In this document: one piece after another, positions 12,901-18,725 of the stretch
Numbering within the stretch: position 1 is the first letter of the stretch
Layout: every line of letters begins with the position of its first letter
Assembly: GCA_023334545.1 (NCBI GenBank)
Contig: JAADVB010000156.1
Coordinates: 1 to 45,448 of the forward strand
Reading direction: 5' to 3'
DNA length: 45,448 bases
Origin: Salisapilia sapeloensis CBS 127946
Taxonomy: Eukaryota > Protista > Oomycota
Position numbers and translations under genes: made by a program
Notes under the pieces: generated by a model
The model's input: only the letters and a program-made list of their open reading frames with translations
The model's database searches: none
Told to the model about the DNA's origin: nothing

Positions 12901-14792
12901 TTTTTCATCGGTTCTTCAATACGCTTCAGGAGGTGTCGGGACCACGTGATGTTTCCAGCAACAGGAGGCAAGTTCCGAGGATATGGAGGGTTCTGCTTGT
13001 GCTTCTCATACAACTGAAGTACATGCTCTAGTTCCAATCCGTAATTCTGGAAGATCACATTAAACTTGGAGTCTAGATCCGACTTGAGGTTCTCTCGTTG
13101 GAGGATCGCTTGGAACTTGCGTAGTAGCGCCAGACTCTGTTCAATCGACGTGATGTTTTCAAACGAATCGTTAATGAACTGTTGTAACAGTCCTTCCAAG
13201 TCCGAGATCCGAGAGTTGAACTCGACATAGTCTCGATCAAACCGATTGTTTTTAAAGTCCAAGAGATCGTGGTTGCGATACTGGAACTCTCGAATGATCG
13301 AATTGAACTTGGCGATTAAGTCCTCCATCCCCTCCAACTTGTGCTGCCCTAACGTTGAGAACTGGTGGATCGTCGTGAACATGTCAATGAGCTTCGACAC
13401 GCGTCGACAGAAGAGATCAAACTTGCCAAAGATCTTAAGTTCGTTAAATTCAAACTGCTTGCCCTTGGGCGTCGTCGCTAGCTTGTCTTTCGTTACGCGA
13501 TACTGCTGCTGATAAGCTTCATTGAGCTTGATACACGTATCCAAGTTACGCACGAGTTCCTCTGGCTCCTTTTGCCACATGACCTCATACCCATCTCCGT
13601 CCGTCGCACAGTGTTTGCAGTTACTGATCATTTGGTTCGTGATCTTCGTAAAGAGACTCGTCATGCGCTCTGGTGTGTTATAATACCGAGCAATAGAGTA
13701 AATCATCTTAATCGAGTTCATTAGCGCCGGAAGCGTGTCCATAATCGACATGGGTGACCCATGATAGAGTGGCTGGAGGAACTTTTCCAAAGTAAAGAGG
13801 TACTTGACATTATCCTTCGCTTCATTCGCTGCTTCCGTGATGCTAATGTCCACTTGCTTCCATCGCCTCAACAGCAGCTGCACACGTTGCTTAGTGTCGT
13901 CATGGACACTCTTGCCAGTGCGTGTGAGGACCATGAAGACATCTTTAAAGTCATTTGTCTTGAGCTGTTCCGTGATACTCGTCAGACGTTGCATACGTCG
14001 ACGCCAGTACTCTAGCTCGCCCATCGGTCCATCGTCTTCAATCACAGTATCTCCCTTCCCACGCCCATCAGCAATCGTATTCGACTCAAGGTACATGCTA
14101 ATGACGTCGCACCAGTCTTTCAAAACTTCTTCATAGTGCGTGATCAAGCGAGGACAGTCGGCCGACTGGAGGACACGTCCGCCGCCAGGTTGGTAGCTAC
14201 CGTTCGCAGTGACTTCAGCGATCAAGTCTCGGTCTGGACGACGCAGCTCGAGGCCGCTGTCCATGCTACTCAGCGCATCTTTTAAGTCCAGCGCGAATTT
14301 GTCAGACTCTGCCATGAACTCATTCCGGAGTTCTTCATCCGCCTTGCCCCAGTCAGAAGGCGCTTTGGCTCGGAACAGAGGCATGTACAGAGAGCTGATG
14401 GTCGTTTCCAAGTTCCGCAAGAGATTAGGTGCGAGCTCACCGTAGCAAAGGGACGCATCGGTTGCTTTTTGAGCGTCCACAGGCTTGTTGTCAGGTGTCG
14501 TACGGATGAAATAGCAGCTCTTGGCGCGTAGAGGCGCCGTCGTGCCTTGGCTCATGCATAGCTTTCGAGTACTCGACCCAATGGACGGATCGGATGCCAT
14601 GCCGTCCGTGTAGGACGTTGGCTGGAAGTGGATGAAGACTTTGCAACAGGACTCGTCCCCAGCGAGAATTTTGTCAAAGCAGTCGCGAACGAGTGGGAGC
14701 GAGAGGAAAGTCTCTGCTTCCGTTAACGTCACATTCGGCTCAAACGTCTCGAGGATGCGCTGTGCGACCCACTGCATGCGTGGTGTCGCCAT
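972..14792 (-). CDS. DNAH5: Axonemal outer-arm dynein heavy chain, gamma type (DNAH5/DNAH8, Chlamydomonas ODA2 class)
   Basis: Uninterrupted 4606-aa ORF. Four P-loops: GPAGTGKT, GPTGGGKT, GGPGTAKT, GVGGSGKQS. CFDEFNR Walker B, N-terminal GPMGELEYWRRR tail motif, coiled-coil stalk and C-terminal HWGLRGVCLLC. The GTAKT third P-loop and the long DHC_N1 tail point to the gamma class. Confidence 0.95.
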   Translation of the reverse strand: MATPRMQWVAQRILETFEPNVTLTEAETFLSLPLVRDCFDKILAGDESCCKVFIHFQPTSYTDGMASDPSIGSSTRKLCMSQGTTAPLRAKSCYFIRTTPDNKPVDAQKATDASLCYGELAPNLLRNLETTISSLYMPLFRAKAPSDWGKADEELRNEFMAESDKFALDLKDALSSMDSGLELRRPDRDLIAEVTANGSYQPGGGRVLQSADCPRLITHYEEVLKDWCDVISMYLESNTIADGRGKGDTVIEDDGPMGELEYWRRRMQRLTSITEQLKTNDFKDVFMVLTRTGKSVHDDTKQRVQLLLRRWKQVDISITEAANEAKDNVKYLFTLEKFLQPLYHGSPMSIMDTLPALMNSIKMIYSIARYYNTPERMTSLFTKITNQMISNCKHCATDGDGYEVMWQKEPEELVRNLDTCIKLNEAYQQQYRVTKDKLATTPKGKQFEFNELKIFGKFDLFCRRVSKLIDMFTTIHQFSTLGQHKLEGMEDLIAKFNSIIREFQYRNHDLLDFKNNRFDRDYVEFNSRISDLEGLLQQFINDSFENITSIEQSLALLRKFQAILQRENLKSDLDSKFNVIFQNYGLELEHVLQLYEKHKQNPPYPRNLPPVAGNITWSRHLLKRIEEPMKKFESNQNVLASKDAKRIIRMYNKVARTLVAFEYIWYQAWIQYIDTAKAGLQATLIIRHPEDNKLYVNFDPEILQLLREAKCLDRMGVEIPEPAKIVLLQEDKFKMYYNELQYALAEYDRVVTKVIPVTAMLLRPHFNDMEFKLRPGMITLTWTSMNIDAYRSHVQTGLQRLEELVTNINDIIENRIEKNMRIVSKTMLVDLPMDQSFSLDEFVALQTANIKRAGTLLQGKNLEVENAVDDMLKVITQYPLDSHIEGVSPEEAMKLKKHYNHFMYQALLHCTKNSLNTIKKRVASRVSSNIFTIERPFFEVDVQLRIPNVQLSPSLDDIQLAINRAAKTVLSCSVELMDWGQNSSLPPSATKPTFFDRITKDIEIVRVVLLLTGSVQGLRNSVTEYLGSYHKYSWLWTDAKDAAYEAFLKTEPDMQAFEKKLQSFVNIDDEIGALPAVYNIGALSLTTKNIKMQLKHETSQWKLKFCDNLHSQARRKMENLAEFFRVTMGKLNRKVVDLDSLRFVMNLLKDVRGRESGISMEINPVLDMYEMLEHYLPDGFMEKDEMDQKSVLKSNWRKLIHHAEARTDELSKTQAGFKRGLLRDVKEFIVDVKHFREDYLANGPMVIGIPPVEAVERLNRYKEEYKIRERKFELYTSGEELFALPRTSYPELETTKKELQLQDKLFGLYTDVLNSIEEWKQIPWYAVAERVQTMTEKVDSFSLRCKKMPAKLREWEAYTDLKKMIDDFTDVLPLLQELSKDSIKARHWDAVMEVTGAQFDVTAADFKLQALIDANIVASKAEIEEVTDGADKQLKIEQQLAEISERWDQEEFQFNDWKARNIPILKAVVPIVEELEETQMNLQTMLSMRHVLPFKEEAQGKLEQLSDTSETLERWIKVQMLWCSLESVFTGGDIAKQMPVEAKKFQKVDKDWAKVMAKSVEVKTVVQCCASELLKSLLPTMFSELEKCQKSLEGYLEQKRNKFPRFYFVSNPGLLMILSQGSDPLSMNEHYEKVFDSIEKVYHDKKDKTLIHTMTSGVEEVRFSQIIKAQGNIEDWLSTLLFGMQVTMKDICRQCAADIGVVGSDLKRLREFVDRYVAQFALLGIQLMWTTDIQTALEQCRAKKNIVKDTSVKQAQVLTELSNWCLNDLGSKENRIKIETLVTIHVHQRDVMTDLATLFKQKKISDPNDFEWLKQARFYWRPNSGDEFNADGACVISITDVDFNYQFEYLGSKERLVVTPLTDRCYITLAQALGMYFGGAPAGPAGTGKTETVKDLGRTLGIYVVVTNCTDQQKYTDCAKIFKGLCQGGLWGCFDEFNRILLPVLSVVAQQVLAIQNAKKTGTKYFQFPGDPQNILLTPVCGYFITMNPGYAGRQELPENLKALFRGVAMMVPDFEIIMKVKLCSVGYSEYQELAKKFFILYNTCKEQLSAQKHYDWGLRNILAVLRSAGKIKRDNRNDSESKLLYQTLRDMNLSKLVAQDVPLFLSLLADLFPTTAFPPKGSYPELQTALQAEIEAADLVNHPGWFNKVIQLYETQLVRHGIMLVGPTGGGKTKNFDVLQQALTTTTGIVHKQSKLNPKAIRAAEMYGEVDAMSGEWTTGVFAAMWAKYNNKSNKFIMWMICDGPVDAIWIEDLNTVLDDNKILTLANGDRMPMTDNVKLMFEVETLVNASPATVSRAGIVFMSDTDLDWAPVVEAWVRKQPAHHQDILRALFAKYLGENTPTDPGHCFDYLNRNTDGVMVVSRVGQVARLYHLFQGLMLGEHGANLSDDPEEIAIQFEKMFLYCICWSLGALLEQEDRNQFDVWLRGYDDNGLLPKVQEGETTYEYFVDPKTFEWRIWRPPKWEYPKESKTLDFSNLLVPTMDSVRALYLIENLHKQKKPVLMVGGPGTAKTSTALMFFNDLNPDIMSIKRVTLSSATTPFMFQTAVESELDKRGGKSFGPPNGRKMTVFVDDLSMPLVNTWGDQPTLEIVRMMIELSGFCFLTKDRRGDFKVCEDLQYVGAMGHPGGGRNDIPNRLKRQFFTFNLILPSLTSIDDIYGQMLAGRFDKDTYNKDALAIVDKLTRATIDLWNHMKARLLPTPAKFHYIFNMRELSRVFQGVLLTPPETFLTGGGIRVAEGKMSKMDPGQVILLTWKHECERVFCDKLTNHPDKDFYQKYMRELLKSHFGESVEEFARQPYNMVSFLRDPEEDEEGALADAALKIYEPGGTLEDIRARVLEFLEKYNTDFPQKSMTLVLFDDALAHLLRISRLLDMPRGSALLVGVGGSGKQSLTRLAAYIADSRIFQIVLTKTYNTNSFMDDLRVLYKSAGHQRKSTTFLFTDAEIKNEIFLELMNSVLMTGEVAGLFAKDEMMAMTADLRNAFIKERPGQAETQANLKQFFIDCVRDNLHIVLCMSPLNAKFADRARKFPGLISAPTIDWFLPWPEDALIAVSKGFIQDYPMECDGPTKLALMSHMGTVHRIVTDLCDEYFQKMRRRVYQTPKSYLSFIDAYKKMYGVKLEEIKVKEQRVNLGLKKLIQGADDVHAMSVVLADEQVKLEKATEETNAMLQSLEVSSAEAHKEGDQVAQIKHKCEEDAARIAAEKELCEKDLAKARPFVEEAETAIDSIKPAHIGEIKKLAKPADIIRLVFDGVLILFKCPLNPVKHTKLNVAKQEIDFIDTSFSPHAQSMMSDSNFLKNVQLFGAVGKDLINEETIELLAPYMELEGFLPSVAKNASLAAEGLCTWVRAMKFYHEASKVVKPKLEALMIAEGQMEAANKALAAAEDRLAKCKERLNELQRLFEAQMAEKKRIEDGANALARKMQQASDLINGLAGERVRWTDDSNNFADLKKRLVGDCAVACAFVSYCGPFNQDFRNYMVQSKFVPDCQTRSVPVTVDIDIINFLVDIGTIGDWNIEGLPTDPLSIQNGIMVTRSSRYPLLVDPQGQALSWIKNREADRVPSYGTTSLNHPKLKDQLEYCMGEGRALIIAGVEEEIDPMLDPVLEKQVITKGRSLSINVSDKNMEFNPAFSMYFITRLPNPHFGPELQAKTTVIDFTVTIKGLEEQLLGRVIGKEQKALEEQLAQVLEDVNSNTKSLLALDASLLERLTSNTGNLLEDEELIGVLANTKEKAAEVKDKLIAAADTRKSINEKREQFRPVATRGSVLYFAIVETSLINCMYQTSLTQFLSLFMRSMDLAEKAALASKRVANIIETMTYITYRYINRGLYERDKLTFVLLVTMKVLVIDGLLTQEEVVLLTRGGAALDINSVRRKPFAWISNESWLNVIELAQSCKFFANLPHEMTSNEGMWRRWYEDNEPETVVIPDYESRIAENETIGPYLKLLLVRSLRMDRTILSAKEFIRNIPQMGPRYVEPVTDTIENIFDDMRAETPVIFLLSIGADPTESIEMLARRKKYPPPAVVSLGEGQEPVALKAINAAVGNGTWVLLQNCELGLDLMEQMEDTMIKLSENMDPAFRLFLTALPNDQFPLGLLQMSTKVTNEPPQGLQAGLLRSYTVMVDQDKLERVETTQWRQLLFNLCFLHSIVIERKKFGPLGWGIPYEYNNGDLSACTIFLEKHLYNGPISWPTLQYMVAEVQYGGKITDNMDRRLFNYYGEWCLTPDVCSPNFAYNPSEPIFRIPNDFVYKIPVADSIDDYRNYCHAFPEIDSPEIFGLHPNADLTYRVKEVNSLLTTLADTQPKGGGGSSGVSREDVVCDKAKELLERLPEDYNEDDYKAKIGKLGGLTIPLNIFLFQEIQRLQRVIGKVRTMLQQLQMAIRGEVVMTEELSATLDAIFDAKVPPSWLRTPVGDEFSWILPTLGLWFSSLISRDEQNRTWLNTKRPNAFWLTGFFNPQGMLTAMKQEVTRKHSKTDKWALDDVVYHTEVTSIERAEQVRAPPAEGVYIYGLFMDGATWNKQEGTIVESEPKKLFTPLPVLLVNCLSKELEIKSRKELYGSGGPFECPCYKYACRTDRYFVFMVTMKCPPGKPPRHWGLRGVCLLCNTE

Positions 14793-14998
14793 CGTAGACG
14801 TCGATGGGAGGTGTTTTTCGCGAATGATCCGTCGCTTTCGGCGATCAAGTTTGTCGTTTCATCTACTAGCAAGTACCTGTATGAAACGGACCAAGATATA
14901 AAGTGTATACAATATGCTTCCTAGTACAAGGCAAGAGGTTATGGTCGCTCAAGATCGAATGACATTCCATTATACGGCGAATCGAAAACGCTCACACC

Positions 14999-16542
14999 CT
15001 ACTGACCTTTCTCGACATTCGCAATCGTCCGAGCGCAGATCTTGGCGGCGTTCTTCATCGCCTGGAGACTGCAGTATTCGTTGTCGCCGTGGTACACGGA
15101 GCTCTCGCCAAAGCCACAGAGGATCAAGTCTAGTCCCGCTCGCTGCAGTTCACGCACGAGAGGCAAGCTACAACAAGAAAGCATGCGTCAGAAGTGTTCT
15201 TAACCATAAAGAATACAAGGGGTACCTTCCAGACACCGAGTACGGTTTCGCTTCACCGAGGACGTGGGTCGTGGCTTCATTGAGCGCTCTACATCATTCC
15301 AATACGTTGAGCAACCATACTACGAAGCTATCATTAATGTAAGTAGTACTTGAAGCCGATGGAGTCGAGAGAGCACGCAATGCCCTCGTAGAAGAAGTCA
15401 TCGAACGTGATTTCCAACTTGCCCTTCAAGTCTTCCGCCGGCAGAGTGTACTTAGAGACCGGACCACGGCCACCTTCAAGCTGGCTCAAGTCATTGTTTA
15501 ACTCGTCCACGTAGGATTGGACTTTAGCAACCATGTCCTTCATCTCATAGAACGGACTGAGACGCACGTCGCCCATGATCTTGGTCCATGGCGGAATCTG
15601 GTTCAAACCGTTGACAGACGACTCAATACGCGCTGGTTTCATCGTCGACGGGCACATAAAGTTGTACTCGGTTTCGGCCGGGACAGCCGCAAAGTCTTCG
15701 TAGAAACGCTTCTGGATCTTGGCCAGAGCATCCATGGCGAGCTCCATCGAGTTGATGCCAAACTTGGGCATTCCGCTGTGGAAGAGCTTGCCCGTCGCCT
15801 TCAACGTCCACGTACGGACACCGGCAGTACCAATGCACGGCTGGCTGTCGGCGCAGTCGACCCACACCACAGGTCCATTCTTGATAAAGTCGATCTCGCC
15901 ATGTTCTTGCAGTTTCTCGACACCAACACCCTCGATTTCCGTGTTTTCCTCAGAAGCAATGAGGACACAGACGACTTCCGTCGTCAAAGACACCTTCTTC
16001 TTGGCCAATTCCTTGAAAAGACCTAGCAGAGAGAGGATGAGTGCATGCTGTATATACTGTGATATCGCTAAATGTACATGTCATGAGGGCAACATGACCA
16101 AGACAATCGGTTGTGCCACGTCCGTAGAGCTTGTCTCCTTCAACCGAAAGCGCAAAGGGATCACGCTCCCATCCTTCCGGGTTGGCTGGCACGACATCCA
16201 TGTGCGAGCCAACAAAGGCAACGGTCTTTTTCGAGTCACCGGCATCCGGGTGACGGTATCGAATGATCACGTTTCCACGGCCTTGGACGTACTCAAAGCG
16301 CTGGATAGTAAGAAGCCCGCCATTGTCTTTCGTGTACGGGTCCAATTCTTCCAGGACAAAGTCCGACACGAGGTTTTCTTGGGGCACGAGGCCCAAGGAC
16401 GGAGCATTTTGCACTTTTTCCTACCATTCAACTACATGAGTCCTAGCTACAACATATAGAGTGGTCTAAAACATACAGCGACGCCAATGAGCTTCCTCAG
16501 AAGTTCAATGTATGCTGTTTCATCGAGAGAAATGTCTTCCAT
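14999..16542 (-). CDS. argE: M20 family acetylornithine deacetylase (ArgE-like), 5 exons
   Basis: Manual splicing: ATG at 16542 (MEDISLDETAYIELLRKLIGVA), GT-AG introns at 16421-16476, 16023-16077 and two more between about 15170 and 15350. The product has SHMDVVP, GRGTTDCLGHVA, ASEE, HSG and YHGDNEY metal-ligand motifs. Confidence 0.88.
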
Positions 16543-16695
16543 TGTCGCGTGTGAGTGTTTCGATGACTTTCCGGTTGTGATGGATTGCAAATCTCCACCT
16601 GTGATTTGGATTGATGTGCTTTACGTTGATCAAGACACGAATATCTTGAAACGGTGTTGACAAAGCCTATCTTTCTACCCACGAGATGAGATTAG

Positions 16696-17556
16696 TTAAT
16701 CGTAGTCTTGCAGCCATCCTTTGTCTTTGGCTTCTTGGAACATGTCGGTGATGCTCTCACGCTCGCCCTGGACGAGGTCTGGATGCCAAAAGTCAAAAAG
16801 CAAGAGGACTCGGTCGCCTTCTTTCCCGTCGTGCCACACTTCGTGGTCGTACGAATCTAGTCAAGAGGATCAATATCGTGCTCTAGTTCTAGGAAAGTAT
16901 CTGTAATACCGTCGAAAACGACTGCTTTTCCTTCTTCCCACTCGCGAGACTCGTCTGCTACGCGCATACCACAGCCTTTGGGAACGAAGAGAGGAAAGTG
17001 GCAGCGTAGTCGGATGTTGGAAGGAGCACAATGTGCCGCGATAGTCGATTGGGGATGCAGGATAGAGAAGAAAGCATATGCAAAGGGGACATTGGTCATG
17101 AAACCAGGCACACTCTCTAAAATCTCCACTGTCTTTGGGCAGTGGATTGCAAAATCAGATTGCCGTCGACCTTGGGTGACGTAGGACATCCAGTCCCACT
17201 GCCCATCGTGCAGCTTTTCCTCCTTGTCCGTCAATTTATAGTCCGATGCACCGGTGGAAGTCGGTGCACGAGCGTCTTTTAAAGCAAGGTATTCTTGCTG
17301 AATCACTTCACGATTCGCTTCTAGTCGTTCCACAAATTCAAATTGACTCGCATCGTGCCAAGGCTTGGACGTGAGTCCAGGAAAGCAAAACATGGTTGGC
17401 GACGGCCTCGGTTTCGCTGTCATTTCATAACAACAATAAGTCTATCGTATCTTACTTGTGCGCCTACTAGATAAGAGAAGCCGATGCGTTCGTCATGAAG
17501 ATTGTACCTGTCGTGAGGCAGAGAGCCGAGCGTAAGAGCGCTGCCTTGGGCTGCAT
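16696..17556 (-). CDS. Aspartyl/asparaginyl beta-hydroxylase-domain protein (Fe/2OG dioxygenase)
   Basis: Core ORF 16857-17423 has AAHCAPSNIRLRCHFPL and WEEGKAVVFD. Intron 16857-16909 joins it to DDSYDHEVWH...LLLFDFWHPDL, with stop at 16696-16698. A probable first exon 17508-17556 (MQPKAALLRSALCLTT) joins in frame through intron 17417-17507; this start is less certain. Confidence 0.85.
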
Positions 17557-17575
17557 TATCCCTGGGTCCGAGTGT

Positions 17576-17589
17576 AAAATTTAAAATGT
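17576..17589 (-). promoter_or_regulatory. Oomycete INR/FPR-like core promoter of the beta-hydroxylase gene
   Basis: Minus-strand ACATTTTAAATTTT matches TCATTYYNCAWTTT at 12/14 positions and lies about 20 nt upstream of ATG 17556. Confidence 0.45.
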
Positions 17590-17739
17590 AGCGGATCTAT
17601 TCGGACACTGTCGCACTTTTGTAAAAAATCCACCATACGAAATACAAGCACAAAAAGAAAGTACTTTTACTCACTATGTCGTACGCGCGTGTCGTCCAGT
17701 CTCATGTCCACGTACTTTTGCCAGCTAAGCAATCTGCCT

Positions 17740-17753
17740 TCATTCAATTTTTG
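17740..17753 (+). promoter_or_regulatory. INR-like element upstream of the IQM-like gene
   Basis: TCATTCAATTTTTG lies 10 nt before ATG 17764, favouring MAPTLADE as the real start. Confidence 0.35.
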
Positions 17754-17763
17754 TCGCTTGAGT

Positions 17764-18678
17764 ATGGCGCCCACCTTAGCGGACGAACTATCGAAAGAAA
17801 TACAGCAGGATGAAGGTTCCAAAAGCCCACCGAGTAGATGGAAGCAGCTCAAGTCCCTCGTATCTCCACTCGTCCATGGCGTTCGATCGGAAGACGCAGC
17901 CATTTTGGATAAAGGTTTCTGGCTCGAAGCTCTTGACGAGGAACACCGGTACGGAGCTTACCTCCGGTCCTACCATGAAGCTTGGCAAGACCAGCTAAAG
18001 ACACTTCCGAAAGATGACGAGGATCGCTCGTTCTTTCATTGGCTCGACCACGGACGAGGTCGAAACATTGACGTATCGGACTGTACGCAAGGAGAGCTCC
18101 GAGGCACGCATGTAAAGTATTGCTCCCCATCGGAGCGACGACAGTACGAAGTCCACTTCCGACGAACATGTGATGAAGATGAGAATCGGGAGGCTAGTGA
18201 CGCAGATACGCCAAATTTCCAAGAGCCGAGCTACGTTCGACTCGAATACGTCCAAACGAGTAACCTCGTCGAGACGGATGCACGCAGCAAGTGGATTTTC
18301 GTAGTGGATCTCTCTGGCCGGATGTACGTCGGTCGGAAGAAGAAGGGTGCTTTTCACCACTCCAGTTTTGTCGCGGGTGCACCCATCGCTGCTGCCGGTA
18401 AAATCGTCGTGCGACACGGGCGCATCCTTGCCATTGAGCCTCACTCTGGCCACTTTAAGCCCACATCTCTCCAGTTGGATAAACTGCGTTCGATCTTGAC
18501 GGACCATGGCGTCGATCTCGACCAAGTCGCGTTCATTAGGCCGAAGAAATGGGCGAGTGACTGGCCGTATCCGAACCATAGTCATTTGCACAATCATGAC
18601 CGAGGTTCAGACACGGAGACGTCGGAGATGGATGAGTACGAGTCGTTATGTGAGCTATCATTTGCACCAGAAGCTTAA
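17764..18678 (+). CDS. IQM-family (plant IQ-motif-containing protein M-like) protein
   Basis: FWLEALDEEHRYG, SFFHWLDHGRG, VKYCSPSERRQYEV, KWIFV, KKKGAFHHSSFVAGAPIAAAG and IEPHSGHFKP parallel conserved IQM blocks. The ORF track starts at 17689; ATG 17764 is preferred. Confidence 0.8.
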   Translation: MAPTLADELSKEIQQDEGSKSPPSRWKQLKSLVSPLVHGVRSEDAAILDKGFWLEALDEEHRYGAYLRSYHEAWQDQLKTLPKDDEDRSFFHWLDHGRGRNIDVSDCTQGELRGTHVKYCSPSERRQYEVHFRRTCDEDENREASDADTPNFQEPSYVRLEYVQTSNLVETDARSKWIFVVDLSGRMYVGRKKKGAFHHSSFVAGAPIAAAGKIVVRHGRILAIEPHSGHFKPTSLQLDKLRSILTDHGVDLDQVAFIRPKKWASDWPYPNHSHLHNHDRGSDTETSEMDEYESLCELSFAPEA

Positions 18679-18725
18679 ACATGAATCAAGTTGATTTGTT
18701 CGAATAGTTGGTAAATATTACGACG

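Noticed and set aside
14826-14846. GATCCGTCGCTTTCGGCGATC short inverted repeat upstream of the dynein
   Set aside because: The stem is short and imperfect, and expected by chance.
816-14901. Many 60-280-aa ORFs antisense to or out of frame with the dynein (e.g. 816-1616, 3016-3864, 6919-7476)
   Set aside because: Shadow ORFs of a long coding sequence with codon bias; no recognisable motifs.
15517-16459. Plus-strand ORFs of 169 and 246 aa over the M20 gene
   Set aside because: Antisense shadows of the well-supported minus-strand gene.
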